A stretch of 62,966 nucleotides of DNA, filler included, from Reticulomyxa filosa (GCA_000512085.1; 20 parts of 20 records of this genome joined end to end with filler, not necessarily neighbours in it), one strand, 5' to 3'; shown: positions 11,938 through 26,420, counted from the whole stretch's first letter. The notes: generated from the letters alone by a model not told the origin. Numbers and translations: made by a program.

Positions 11938-14226
11938 ATGAACAATTATCTCTACGCGAACATGCCACAAGCGTCTGTTGGGATGCCATCAGCGCATAAT
12001 ATAAATAGTAATGTGGAAGTAACTAAAAAAAGTACACTTTCCACTTTGTATGAGAATGGAAATCCTAGCCTTCAATCATTTGGTTTCCCAAGCCCGCCAA
12101 ATGACATTCCGAACACTATGTCTCCTGCAAACAATCACAACTATCCTGCAAATATTCCCTTTCCGGAAAGTTACCCCAAGTTGATTTCCCCAATGGGAAG
12201 ACATATGGATATGATATCAAACAGAACTACATTATATCCTTCCATCCCGCATGGATGTATGTAGCGCCAGAATACTACGTGGTGGACACCATGAAATCCC
12301 CATCGGACATAAGCTCAAAGTCATTGTCCTCGTATTCCTCGATCCATCAGCAACCAATGAGAAAGCGCAAAAAGCATGCGAAAAAGGCAAAGCATGGAAA
12401 GAGCAGTGAGAAAAAGAACGCAAGACCTGTCAAGCAAGAGCAGAGGAAAAGTAGTGGTCGCAAAAGAATGGACTATTTGTTAGCCAACTATGAACTACGG
12501 TCAAGATTAGCCCAGTACTCAGTTCAAACACAGATTTCTAAGCTCCAGTCTCCCATTGTCTTGCATTCTGAAAACACTATTGCTCACAAAGTACGTATAC
12601 ACTTTTTTAAAAAAAAAAAAAAAAATCAATGAAGGTTAAATTCCCCCCTTTTTTTTTTTTTTTTTCGTAATCCATCCTGATTAGCTTAGCAAGACATTGA
12701 GCAATGGACTAGAACAAATGCTAATGCACAATGGCTACTGCGTCTTTGAAATCATCTCGGTTGTGCTAATGATCAATTGGACACTCTGCTATATGACAGT
12801 GTACATTGACAGCGTGTGGCTATGTGTCGTGCACATGCTAATGGTACTTTTATTTGTCACGCCGTTGCTATTGGCCGCAAATCTAAGTATTATACGCTAT
12901 GTTTCCACTACATCATATGGGCTATATTCTCTTGCCAATCATCTGGCGTTCTTGATCGTGTATCTTTATGCCTTTCGCTCCAAAACACATGTCGGAACTA
13001 TTTGGTATCAATATCTTAGTTTATGTACACATATTATGCATATATATGTACGGAGCTATTTTTTTATTTTTTATTTTTTATTTTTTGGTTTGAAGGATAA
13101 CAAGAATAAATTTGATCAATTGTCTTTAACGTGTTTGTGTATGTATGTAACGTAATGTACTTTTTATAGTGTGTATACGTAATGTGAATATAAAACATGC
13201 GCAAAATTGGTAATTGTAATGTACACACATTTTTTTTTTTTTTTTTAGTTGTGTGAACATTTGCCCTTTTTTTTTTTCTATGCAATTTTTTATAATGGCA
13301 AAAAAAAAAAAAAAAAGGGTGAATGCGATTTGCATGGTTGTAATTAATTTCTCATGGCTGTGCATGGATGGATGGACGATCCGGTCAGTGTTCTTGAAAG
13401 TGTGTTCGATGTGGTATCCGACGGTGTACATGATAATGGTCCTTCGGCTGTATTTTGGAGATAACTCTCTGGAGAGTGTCGGCCACGACAAGGCACTTGA
13501 AGTCCAAGACAATGACAAGGTCGTGTGCGTGCTGCTGTTGGTGTTCGGCACGAATATGGCACTGCTGTTGTATCGAAATGCCATGTCGCTCACGTTTGGA
13601 CAACAAGACCGGTTTTCTTGTTGCTTTGTGACCCCCACCAAATACATGCACGTGCCAAACTCCAACAAAGATATTGAATACGAGTTCAATTCCAAACGTG
13701 GAGGACAACTGCCAGCTGCAGCTGCAATTGCTTCTGCAGCTGTCGCGTCCTCCAATGTCCCGGCGGACAGAGAAGAAAGTGCTCCTCTGCGACGCAAAAG
13801 CTATTCCAATGGAAACTGCGATGCAAACGTGGAACCCATCGTTGTGATGGATAATAACACAAGGCGTAATAGTCTCAAACCACTTTCACCACGTTTTGTT
13901 TGGGTGCTTTTTTTTTTTTTTTTTTTTTGAAGTTGCGAAAATTCATAAATATTGTGTGCATTTTGAAACAAAATTAATGATATGGGGGGAGTTCAGGAAG
14001 CGAGTTTTCAATCTTTGGAAATGGTCGGGTGCATACAGTCGTTGTTGAAAGTGAAGATGATAATAGTAATGCTAGTGAGTGTGAAATGGGAACTTTGACC
14101 GCAAATGAGTATAGAATAGACACAGGGAACATCCCCACCACCACGGCCTTGGCTTCCATGAAAGAAGTTCCACTGGAAAAGGATAATTATTCAGGAAGCG
14201 ATAGCGAAAACGAATACCAATTTTAA
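11938..14226 (+). CDS. Hypothetical multi-pass membrane protein with disordered N- and C-terminal tails (multi-exon; apparent frameshift near 12255)
   Basis: Consecutive + ORFs at 11932, 12255, 12697, 13253 and 14029 with intervening introns. About 7 hydrophobic segments lie in 12730-13600. Confidence 0.6.
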
Positions 14227-14725
14227 GAAAACATCAAGACAAAATGCAATATTGTGTTATTTCCAATTTTTTTTTTTTTTCTTTTTGTTTTTAGTTTTAA
14301 ATTTTTTTTTCTTTTTGCATAAATTACCGCACTTTACTTTTTGGTTGGAGTTCGGTTGAAATGTGAATGCTTTCGTTGGTCAATGTCAAAAGGTTCTGTT
14401 TGCTTTATTAAAAAAAACTTTTTCATTTTACACAAATTTTGAAACGCATTCGTTCTTCACAAGATTTGGACACAAGACTCCAATGAAATAACTTACCAAA
14501 AAGAAGGCCATTGCATATCTTATCACAGCAGCCCAATTATTAAAGTTATATGAAACAGTACTCATCGGGTCCATTTGGACGTGTTTTTTTTTTGCAAAAA
14601 AAAAAAAAAAAGGGGCAAGGATTTGCGTTTTTTTCTTAAAAAAAGTTACTGAGCTCTTATTTTTGGCGGTCTATCGAATTGTACAAAAAAAGCATACTGC
14701 GGACATTGTAATACTTGGACTACGG

Positions 14726-16978
14726 ATGTCAAGCAGTAATATCTCACAAAAGGAACAAACGTCGTCGGGAGAGTTAGCAACTCGGTGTGAGCGCATTCTC
14801 AATACTTTTCGAAATGGTACACATAATGCATTTTCCTTTGAAAATGTATTTTCTTGTCAGTGTGTCAAATAATTTTGAATGGGAACGTATAAGCTAAATT
14901 GGAGAAGTTGTGATGTGTTAGCGCAAGAAGACATCAAGCCCACAATACGCGAATTGGGTGCAATATTTGCAAGATATATTAACAAAGACATGACAAATGA
15001 AGAATTGAGTTACATTCGACAAAGCGTATTGCATAATGTTTCCATTGTGCTAATGAAGCGAGAATACACGTTTAAGTAATTTATGACCAATACTTTTTGC
15101 TCATGCATGTACTTTTTTTTTTTTTTTTTTTTTTTGTATTGACAGAAAAGAAAGGGACACAGCCAAATCAAACACATAAACACATATACGTGTATTTGAA
15201 TATGTACGTACATGTCATAACGTATAAACAAAAAAAAAAATAGACGTTTTCAATATGACTACGAAATGGCAGATGAAGTGGAACAACTGGTACGACAGTT
15301 GATCCAAATTGCAATTCCAATGATAGTAAACGAAGAAGAAGAAAAAGAAAAAGACTCGGAAATAGGAATGCAAATACTCTACTTTTTATTAAATGCACGC
15401 TCCAATTTTTACCAACAATACGGCCATGATTGGGTATGTAGAGTGAGTGTGTTTTCACCAGCATTGAGGTCTTTTTTTTTTTTTTTTTTTTTTTTAAGTA
15501 CATGAATTGAAAAGAAGAAGATGATTATCGTTGTAATCATCCCTCCCTCTGTTCCCTTCTTTCAAACACATTACAGAGACAGCAGCGTGGGACACCCTTG
15601 AGTGAAGAAAAAGTAAAAGAATACGAAGAGTTTCGAAAGGGTATTCGGGAAAACGTGGAGTTGGATTACTTTCATGAAAACCGTTGGAAAGTTTGGAGAG
15701 CCCCTACCCCCCCCCCCCCCCTTATCAACGATCCTTTCATTTGTCAATTTTTTTGTTGTTGTTAAAAACATGCTAAAAAAAAAAAAAAATATAATAGAAA
15801 GGTACAGTTCGTCAAGTGCGACAAGTACAAAATGCAACGAATGGAACAGTGACGATGTTGGACATCGGATGTGACGTTGGACCATCTCGTTCGACACTAA
15901 GTGATAAGAGCGACAACAAGGACAATGGGATTGTGAACCCGTGCACGTTCGACACGGAGCATTACGGCAGCTATGCCCCTGCAGGGACGCAAGTGAAGCA
16001 GCTGCGTCCATTGCTGTCCAAGTGGAGAGCAGAGCTGAGTCCCAAGTCGCAATGCGACTGTATGGATTGCACCGACAAGTGGTACACGTGCACAGTGGTC
16101 TCGGTGGACGAGCTGACCAACAGTGTCAAAGTCAATTACGATGAGTGGAGTAGTAAGCATGACGAGTGGATTCCAAGGTTAAGATTAACCTGTGAGCAAG
16201 TTTTTTTTTGTTTTATTGTACATGTTCAAGAAGGAACCACAACTTGCAAATTGAACTTTCAAAAAAAAAAAAAAAATATATATATATATGTATATATGTA
16301 TGTACAAATAAATTTATGACAATGTTCGGAGTGACACAGAGATAGTCGTCGAATTCAAAAGCACAAGTCTCAAGCCAAAGGTGGAAAGGACACCGGCGGG
16401 GTCTTCCGTCCTCTCTCCCAACTGGTCTCAAAAATGGACGAGGATGAGGACGAAGGCGATCCCAGTGATGACACGCTCTTTGCAGTGTATCGAGTTAGGA
16501 TTCAGTTTCTTCATCTAGCTTTGGGTAACATATACATATATATATATATATATATATACATAAAATGACACAGGGAGACGTGGGAGAGGTGTCGTTCCAT
16601 TTGGTGTCCGCGTGGAATGCCTTTGGCCGTGCAGGAGGCTTCCACGCACTTGCAAAGCGATTGTCCCACTACAAAGCAAACACATCCATCAGAGACGTGC
16701 GACTGGTGATGCTGCTCCTGTCGCGGTCCATTCACACGTTCACCCGTCGCGCCTATCAAAAGTGCATTTTGCCTTTGGACACGTCGGCGTGGGCCATCCT
16801 CGACTCCATCACAGACGCCGAAGTGCAAGTCTTGAACCCAAACGCAGTGGATCGAATCCTTTTGTCCATTCAATGTTTGTTGAAGCGAGGAAGATCTATT
16901 TTGCAAATTGCACAAGCGATTGAAACCTTTAGCCTTACAATGAGTTACTTATATACATATATATATATATATATATGT
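14726..16978 (+). CDS. N-terminal part of a large USP34/USP24/USP9X-like deubiquitinase with a Tudor-knot/chromo-barrel-like domain (multi-exon, 3' partial)
   Basis: DCMDCTDKWYTCTVV...VKVNYDEWSSKHDEWIPR (barrel) and SAWNAFGRAGGFHALAKRL, resembling the NxFGxxGGF motif of large USPs. The catalytic domain is not on this contig. Confidence 0.55.
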
Positions 16979-17078
16979 NNNNNNNNNNNNNNNNNNNNNN
17001 NNNNNNNNNNNNNNNNNNNNNNTTAATTAATTAANNNNNNNNNNNNNNNNNNNNNNNNNNNNNNNNNNNNNNNNNNNN

Positions 17079-17112
<34 letters not shown>

Positions 17113-17277
17113 GCAATAAAGACGCTTCATCAACCCCAGCAAACAGTGACAAGCAAAAAGAAAAAAGCAAAGAGGAAGAAGAAGATCTTGTGGAAGAAGT
17201 TGATGAATTGGACGACACTCCAATACAGCAATATGATATTGTATCGGGAATGTATTTAGGTATAAATAAATAAATAT

Positions 17278-17313
<36 letters not shown>

Positions 17314-18560
17314 TAGCAATTAATAAGCAGAAGGAGAGATAACAAATAGACACATAAACTAAACATAAACACACAAATAAGGAATGGAATTTGTATCCGA
17401 GAAAACATCAACATATGTGTTGCAGTCGACACAAGAAAAGTCATTGATAGTGGCAGAGGTGGACGACTCATGGGCGGTGTTTGCATTGAACTCGGAATTC
17501 GACGCGAAAGATCGCTGTGGACATTGGTATGAGGGCAAAGTGGTGGACGTGAAGCCTGCGGGAGAGCCGATCACAAAAGACAAGCGCATCAATCCCGCCC
17601 AAGTGGATATGGAAAAACTCCAAAAATTGGTGAGCGTGTTTATGAGATACAAAGGGTGGGAAGATAAGTGGAACGATTGGATTTACGTTAACGACGATTC
17701 TATTTGTCATTGCACCAAGCAATGTACTGTTTCTGCGCACCGCTTCGCCCCATTGCAAACTCAGTCGCAATGGAAAAATAATAAATCGAATCAAGGAGCA
17801 GGAGGAGGGTATGTCCCAACACGAGATTATTATTTTTTTTTTTTTTAAATGATATTCAATTTTTTTTTTTTTTTTTTTTTTTATTTAAACAATAAAAAAT
17901 AAATATATATATATGTATATATGTATATATGTATATGTATGTGTATGACTTCAGAATGAGTTATATGAGTAGTTTGGAACGACGGGCGACAGTAACGGGT
18001 ACTCCAAGCACTGAAGGGGTAGTCGGACTATCAAACTTAGGCAACACCTGCTTTATGAATAGTATAATCCAATGCGTGTCAAACACGCCGCCTTTGCGCA
18101 ACTTTTTCATAACGGGACAATACAAAATGGAAATCAACAAGAGCAATCCTCTGGGCCAACAAGGCAAACTGGCACATGAGTTTGCACGTCTGTTGACGGA
18201 CATTTGGAGCGGTGAATATGTGGTGGTCGCGCCTCGTTCGTTCAAAAAGCCATTAGCAATTTCGCGCCGATGTTCAGTGGATGGCAACAGCATGACTCGC
18301 AAGAGTTTTTAGGATACGTGTTGGACGGATTGCACGAAGATCTCAATCTCGTCAAATCCAAGCCTTACACCGAAAAAATTGAAAGCAATGGTCGTCCTGA
18401 TATCGAAGTCGCCAATTTGTCGTGGCAATTGCATTTAATGCGAAATCGATCCAAAATTGTCGATTTGTTTCAGGTGTTATAACTTATATACGTGTATATA
18501 CAATACATATATGTGTATATGTCTATAAGTTATTGTCTTGTACATGTGAACATGCATACC

Positions 18561-18591
<31 letters not shown>

Positions 18592-19244
18592 GTAAAAAAA
18601 AAAGGCACAATACAAGTCCCGAGTAACATGCCCACAATGCAATCGTATATCGATAACATTTGATACGTACATGTACTTGTCAGTGCCCATCGCAGGGTCC
18701 CAGACAAAACAGCTAGAGGTGGACGTATTCCACTTGGGCCAGGTAGAGAACCCCAAACCATTTCGCCATGTGTTTCAAATGAAAAAGTATGACCGCGTTC
18801 GTGACTTGATTCAACTCGTCGCATATGAGTACAAGTGCAAACCTGACTTTATACTGGGCTTTGTTTCAGGCGACTATCAGCTGAAGCGCGATTTGGAACA
18901 CAATACCACATTGGCTGCTCTCTACGATTGCGATGACACGGACGAATCGTACAAATTATACATACTGCGAGATTGGAACAAAGAGGTCACGAAAGAGGAC
19001 ATTGCAACCAAACAGTTAAAGTTATTCGTTGGCAGGACTGCCTTTGCCAGTCCAATTGACAAGTTTTTGGAAAATTTCAAAAACGGGGCTGTCAACAATT
19101 CCACTCGCAAAATTAATCAAAGAACGGGAGCCACTACAAGTTTGCGTGAAGGAGAATCGCCATTGTTTGGGTTGCCATTTGCATTTTCGTTTTTAAATAT
19201 CCATGTTAAAGAGCTGCAAATTAAAAAAAAAAAAAAAAGGGGGG
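17079..19244 (+). CDS. Ubiquitin-specific protease (peptidase C19, USP4/11/15-like); partial at both ends, multi-exon; 1-nt frameshift in the A-run near 18245
   Basis: Cys box [54 protein letters not shown] and MYLSVPI. An upstream barrel-like domain reads [15 protein letters not shown]...[12 protein letters not shown]. Confidence 0.9.
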
Positions 19245-19481
19245 NNNNNNNNNNNNNNNNNNNNNNNNNNNNNNNNNNNNNNNNNNNNTTAATTAATTAA
19301 NNNNNNNNNNNNNNNNNNNNNNNNNNNNNNNNNNNNNNNNNNNNGGTGGAGTGTTATTACTATTTGTACATGTATGTACCTACATAATGTATATACGTTG
19401 TTTATATACATATACATATATGTATATGTATGTACTTTTTCTTTTTTTTTTCCCCCCCCCCCCCCTTCTCTTCTTTTTCAG

Positions 19482-19860
19482 ATTTCGTGAAATTACTGGA
19501 CATTATCCAAGTGACATAAGTGTGATATCTTGGTCATTTAAACAAAATCGCTTCGTGAATCTACATCGGAAAGCTCTACTGTTCCCGAAAAATCAATTCC
19601 ATTTCATTGGCGTGGACGGAGGTATCAATGTCACTTCCAATGCTCTGCAATGGGAACAAAAAGCATATGATTTGTTTTCTATGGATATGTACGGGTGCAA
19701 AAGCTTATTACGGCAAACTAGGATCAATAGAAATCCCTACCTTCGATCTATCCCCTATCCACATTCTTGTCCTGAGATATCCCAATTGTTTAGTACTTGT
19801 GTGGATGATTTACAACTGATCCAGCAAAAAGATATTAATGTTGGTTTACCATGGAAATAA
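19482..19860 (+). CDS. Last exon of a conserved uncharacterised protein (yeast YOR238W / S. pombe C57A10.07-like, DUF218-related)
   Basis: FREITGHYPSDISVISWSFKQNRFVNLHRKAL.FP, DMYGC..L...R..RNPY.R..PY..SCPEI and terminal LPWK* match my recollection of this family. Confidence 0.65.
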
Positions 19861-20729
19861 CAAACCTTGTTTTTTCCTCTCCATCTTCTTTGTTTTGTTG
19901 TACTTTTGAAGGGGCGCTTTGTCGTACGGTTTGTTCAGTTGTCAAGGAAGTCTTGCTCTAATTTTATCTTATAATTAGCGCCGTTTCAAAATTTTTTAAT
20001 TAATTTTTTTTCTTGTTGTTGCGCAAACGCCATTTCTACAAAATACATCTTACAAAACCACACAAAAACTTTAAATCAAAAAATCAATTTGAAAAAAAAA
20101 AAACCTCGCCCCTTCATATGTTTCAACTTGTTAAAAGGTTGTTTTTTTGAAGGAATTTGAGTAAGCAACAGTGTAAATTTTCGTTATCTTTCGAGATTTG
20201 AAGTTATTTTGGAAAGATTGGTTGCTGAATTTCAACAATTAAAATTTCGAGAAATTTCATAAGTTTTTGAACAAGCGGACAATTTGCAGATTTTGCTGTA
20301 CGAAAAGCAAATTTATTATTGTGATATCAAGATATCTGATAATAGTCATAAGACTACTGAAAATCTCTATGAGAATTTGTACTTAAAATTATTATTTGCA
20401 GATACATAAAGTAAAAATTTGTGAAAAAAGTACTAAATCCGCTTGAAAAGAGTTACTGTTGGAATAAATATTGCAAGATCGTTTAAAATTTTGTCCAAAT
20501 GCGTTTACGCACATTTGCACAAATTAATAAAATAAATGTTGATAATAAATTGAACAATATACTGCAACATTTACAATAACATAACATGTTATTAAAGAAA
20601 GAAAATACGTTTATTTGAAACTGTAGAAAATAATTTAAATTAAACATTTATTGTGAAAAACACATACAATCAGAAACACAATAACAGTTCAATGAAGAAA
20701 CAATAAAATTTTTCAATCATAAAACATCA

Positions 20730-20935
20730 AAATCTAGTGATAGAAATATGGTTTTGTTGTATTGCTTTGGAGGGTTAGTATTTGTGTATGAATGAAAAAT
20801 TAATATAGCTGTAAATGCAGATATATACAAAGAAACTCTAGTTGATGAAATAATTAAAATCATTAATTTGTGTTAGAATATAATAAAGATTATTATTTCA
20901 GTAGATAATGGCACTAGCCAAACAGCAATTACATG
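20730..20935 (+). mobile_element. Tc1/mariner transposase remnant (DDE region)
   Basis: Degenerate CF..., KETLVDE and (F)Q.DNGTSQTA. DNA similarity to the remnants at 36860-37235 (-) and 57170-57540. Confidence 0.65.
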
Positions 20936-21546
20936 AAATGAGACAAAGCAAATACTGATTGATGCAATAAAATACTTTTCTATTTTTTGTATACAACAGT
21001 TACAGTTTGACATAGATAATAAATAATAGTATATTTTTCATAATCATTATAATCAAATCAATTGAACGTATTCTAAATGTAGTAGAATAAAAAAAAGTTT
21101 AACATAAATTGCACTTTATAAAGATTATTGACTTTCCAAATGAAAAAACAACATTTAATCAAATATTTTTTAAAATATCTAATTGTATAGTTTTTAATAT
21201 AGTTTTGGTTGTTTCATTTATATTTCAAAATTTTTTCAAAAGTTTAATTTTTTGCATAAATATAAGATTATCATTGTTTTTGTTTATAATTTTTGTGTTT
21301 TTTTTGTTTCAGGAGCTGCAAATGTGAAGTAATTTTCACTTTCGAAAAGCAACAAATAGATAGCAATCAAAATGGAACGTTGACTTGATGTTACAAATAT
21401 TTAAAAAAAGCAGAATTACAAATTCTACAATACCACGACATTTTTAAGCTCCAAGAAGAGGTTTAGAGTATGTATTTTAACGTTTTGTTACGTGGCAAAG
21501 CAGAAAGTTCAAAAGATTTCGTGTCAACAAGAACAAAAAAAAATCC

Positions 21547-23310
21547 ATGACAACACCAGTCTCAGATGAAGGAGAAATTACAAAAATAAAGGAAGATAAA
21601 AAAGAGCGTTTGAGATTATGTTCTGTAAAAGAGCTTGTAGAGACGGAGCAGTCTTATGTGAATGATTTAGAAACAGTGACAAAGCTATACATTGAACCAC
21701 TGGCAAATAATGAAATAATTTCACAAGAATATCACGGAGTGCTATTCAAAGAAATCCCCGCACTGATGAAATTAAATCACAGCTTTTGTGCCAGCTACGC
21801 ACCTTTTATGTGTGTTGTTTGCAAAGGAAAAGAGAGGGAGGGGATGAGGTGTACCTATGCACAAAGATTAAGAGAACAAACAGTATCCCAATAATAAAAC
21901 ACTTGAATGCATTGTAGTATTGGTCTCACGGTTTGAACATTGGGACCCCAATTCTTCAAAAATTGGTGATCACTTTTTGCAATATGCGCCATTTTTTAAT
22001 ATGTACCAAAGGTATACCTTCTCTCTTTAATGTAATTTAATTTAACTTTTTTCTTCCGATTTTTCGGATTTCGTTTTTGAATGTTTACAATTACAAAAAA
22101 AAAAAAAAAAAAGTTTTTTTTTTTTTAGTGTCCCCTCTCCTCATTTTTTTTTTTTTTCTCTCCTCTCTTCTTCCTTGACACAATGCTTGACCTCACACAA
22201 AATAAAATTAAGTTATTTAAATGTCCATGAAATGGCATCTGCGCTGCGACGCAGATTGTATGATACAAGTCCTCCTTTCAAAGATTTTTGTGACAAGGCT
22301 TGCAAGGAATGCAACGGACTGGATTTATCATCTTATCTTTCCAAACCGTTTCAAAGAATATTAAAGTATAAACTCCTTTTACAAGTTTCGACATATTTGT
22401 ATCAAAATTTATACCCCCTTTTTTTTTTTTTTAACTTTTATCTCTTGATACCTGCTTTCTCTTACAACTCTCTCTTTCTATCTCTTCTCTGATTCTGATC
22501 AAGATGCATGAAAAAATGCAAACATGCTTTTCAATTTGTCTATTGCTATTACTTGTTTATTTAGTTATTGAATAAAACAACAGTAAAAGTGGTTCAATTT
22601 AATGCACAAAATATGTGTGCGTGCAAACGTGCGATATATGTGACACGACAGGAAATATTGAAGTATACCAAATCTGCTCATCCCGATTTGAAAGATATCA
22701 CATTAGCATTAGAAAAAATAACAGAAGTTTGGTGTTTGTTCTTGTCAACAACAGCAACAGTAAAAACAAAGATAGTCTGTTGAAAGATTGATTGCTCAAT
22801 ATACCTTTTTCGATTTTTTTTTTTTTTTGTTCTCCATCTCCTGTTATATTGTATCATATACACATTCATACATATAGATATATATGTATATAACATGCTC
22901 ATTGCATATTTGTACGTATGCATGTGCATGTTTTGCATAAACAGCTGAATAATCGCATCAACGAAAAAATGAAAGAACACGACAGCCGTATGAAAGTAAG
23001 AGATATTGAAATGCGACTGCAGCCACGGATTGAATTAGTAGCACCAGCGCGGAAGTTTGTAAGGGAAGGAAAACTTACCAAAGTGTGTCGAAAAAGTGAC
23101 CAATCATACCAATTTATTTTATTTAATGATTTATTGCTATATGGACATTTACTGAACAATCAAGACAAATCGCTCAAAGTTCATCGTCTGATCACTATCG
23201 ATAGCTCCTTTCGTGTCCGTGATATCCCGCAAAACTCTATTTACGGCACCAAGTGCTTTGAGATTCATTCGCCAGAAAAATCTTTCATCGTTTATGGTGA
23301 TCATCCAGGG
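21547..23310 (+). CDS. Dbl-family RhoGEF (DH-PH), FGD-like; multi-exon, 3' partial
   Basis: VKELVETEQSYVNDL, LSSYLSKPFQRILKYKLLLQEILKYT..HPD, and the PH start RKFVREGKLTKVCRK...FILFNDLLLYG. Confidence 0.92.
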
Positions 23311-23540
23311 TTATTTATTTATTTTTTCGGCAAATATTTATACTTACGTACATATATACATGTATATGTGTACATATATGTATTGCATGTATATGATATA
23401 ATATATACATATATATATATTTTTTTTTTTTTTTTTTTTTNNNNNNNNNNNNNNNNNNNNNNNNNNNNNNNNNNNNNNNNNNNNTTAATTAATTAANNNN
23501 NNNNNNNNNNNNNNNNNNNNNNNNNNNNNNNNNNNNNNNN

Positions 23541-23888
23541 AAAAATGAAGGAAAAAGAAAAAGAAGAAAAAGAAGAAGCAAAGCAAGAGCGAAAGATGAT
23601 TTGTCGCAAAAATAGGCACGAACAAAATCTGGTTTGAACAACTTGTGTGTGTGTGTATGTGAATCAATACAACCAAATTGTGCTTGGATGTGCCATGTGT
23701 GGATAGAAATTAGAAGTGTATGAACAGAAGCTGGATTTGGAACAAAAGCGCAATAAGCAATTGGAACAATACATTGAAACCATCGTCACAGGTGATGCCA
23801 AATCCTCTGACAAAATGCCGAGCGTTGAGTACACGCAATTATGTACACACATATGTACATAAGTATATATGCATAATATATATATGTG

Positions 23889-23921
<33 letters not shown>

Positions 23922-25447
23922 GGGCGGAGATACGTTTAGCTTCGGTCTCAGGTGGATGACATTGTTTTGAATCTCAACGCGATTCACACGAATATACAAG
24001 GGTTTGAAAAGTTTGACGGCGTGATTCAAAAGTTGCTGGAGTTGGTTATGGACGCACAAAGAATTGTTAAAAAAGACCCCTTTTTTTTTTTTTTTTTTTG
24101 TGATTAGTGGTGTGCGCACATACGTACACGCAATACACATATGCACATAGATACAGCTACAAACACAAATGCAAATATATAAATATATATAAATATATAT
24201 ATATAAATTAAATAAAAGAGTGTAAGCGTATTGAATGAAATGACGTCGAAAAGCGATGACTTACTAAAAGTCCACGAAGAGCTAAACTTGTGGTTGTACT
24301 CGAAGCGCCTGCAGGATCTGAAGACACTCGTCCCACTCGCGCCGAACTTGGATACTGGCAACAGCTGCGCGTACCAAGAAATAACGCACGAGTCGTTGAA
24401 GTGGTCGTCCAAGATCGACCAGATCGTCACTCGCTTGCAGCAGCTGCGCAAAGACATTCCTCAGTCGACCACTACGTACCAAGTTAACTTCCAATCCAAA
24501 GGCAGTCCAAGTCAAACCTCTCAAGTTATTTGCTTTTTATAAAAATATATGTATATGTATATATATATACATATATATACATATATATGTATACATATGC
24601 ATATATACATATATATATATGTATATACATATATGTACATATATGTATATACCTCTTCCAAACATAGAATAACAATCTTGCAAAATCCTCTCCCATATCG
24701 TACTCGGTATCGCCATCGTCATACTCACCCCTATGGACGGCAAAGAATTTGAACATGTCGACCCCGCAGGAACACAAGGTCAACGTCGCCGAAAGTGCGG
24801 CGCCCGAGACGGACGCGACGAAGCTCGCCCCTCAGACGTTCCACTTGGACAGCGAAAGTGAGGACGAGAGGGAGGCCAAAGCGTTCACTACGGAGCAGGG
24901 CTCTGGCGCGGTATCGACGTCGGCGGCCAAGACTTTGAAAAACCATCCCATGCAATCGGCCGCCAGTCAAAAGCTCTCCTCTCTGCTCGCCAAAAAGAAG
25001 CCGGTGGCAGAGGGGAGTTTGAGTGATAACGAACATAACAAGCGAAGACCACAGCCCAAGTCTCAAAGCAAGGGCAACAACGACGGTGATGTCGGTGATG
25101 ATGACGACGATGACGATGATGACGATGATGATGACGATGACGATGACGACGACGAGGAATTAGAGGAGCATGGCAATCAAAATGCCGGTGCGGGATCTCG
25201 TGATGATCGTAGTGATTACGTACCCTTTTCTCGACCTGGTGTAAATCCCTTCTTACCTAAACTGCGTGCCAAACGCGCCTCCACTGAAGCGTACAGAGAT
25301 GTCCTCAAACGGTTTAGTAAAAACGATGAACAGATCTTAGATGATGTGCTCAAAGATGCCTTGCTCGAAAGTGATCCAAATAGCACGTCCCATCCCAACA
25401 CAATGTCACACACCGAACAAAATCCCAATCCTTTAGAATTTTCCTAA
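23541..25447 (+). CDS. 3' part of a hypothetical coiled-coil protein with a poly-Asp tract (multi-exon, 5' partial)
   Basis: GC-richer exons (about 23706-23825, 23940-24065, 24220-24525, 24669-25447) separated by (TA)n-rich introns. A (GAT/GAC)n run lies at about 25095-25155. Confidence 0.6.
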
Positions 25448-26420
25448 GACGTTTTCTAACTTTTCCTTTTTTTATTGTTATTATTTTTAAAAAAAAAAAA
25501 TTTCCCTTTCCCCCTTTTTCTTTTCATATTTGGTGTCTTCTCGCTGCAACTTTCTCCAACATTTTATCAAGTCTTTGTTTTGAATGCGTATACGGTTGTT
25601 CAACCCCCCCCTTTTTTTTTTTTGGCTCATTATCTTAAAAAAAAAAAAAACTGGTTGTCATTTGTGCATATGGGTTGGACATATTCTAGTTGGCTGTCTC
25701 AAACGCAATGTGTGGAATTGCTTGAGTACAAATTATTCAATTTTTTTTTTTTCAGTATTTCATCATCTTTTTGACAAATATAAAATTAATAATATAAATA
25801 AGTTTACAGTGTTTGGGTGCTTATTAGAGACCAAGTCTCGATGCTTGAAAGTAACATGAGTTTCATCCAAAAATGCGTCAGAAAGTTTTTTTATGCGATT
25901 GTACATGCGAACATTTTAATGTCATATATTTCAATAACATGTAAGGCCTTCCTTGAATCTGGTTTTATTATCGACTATTGGTAATTTATCTTTATTTTTG
26001 GCGATGACTGGTCTTTTGTCAATCCTAAATTGGATGACGTTGATCAATATTTCATTAACAGTATTTCGTGTAGCCAAGTATGCATTTAGAAGTTAGCAAA
26101 TAATGTATTATAAGGAAAAACAATAAATCAAGTAGATACTTGGAATACTTGCAAACCAGCTGAGAAAAAAGCAACAATTTGCACAAACTTTATACTAACA
26201 CAGCGGTCATGCAGATTTTGTTGAAAAAGAATCTCAATATAATACTGCGGTGGATTCCTTAGTATCATGCCATTTTTATATTGTTATTCCGCTAATGTTA
26301 TGAATGCCGCTAGAGTAACACACAATGTTTTGTCTCACAAATTCCAACATTCTACGCCCAACAGGAAATCTTAAAAAAGAATACAGACCCATTATAATTT
26401 AATCTAGAGAAAAAAAGTTA

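Noticed and set aside
14726-19244. Joining the USP34-like N-terminus and the following USP catalytic contig into one gene
   Set aside because: They are separated by an artificial spacer, and the catalytic part looks USP4/11/15-like with its own N-terminal region.
23850-24660. ORFs rich in YIYIYM / ICIY
   Set aside because: Translations of intronic (TA)n/(TATG)n microsatellites.
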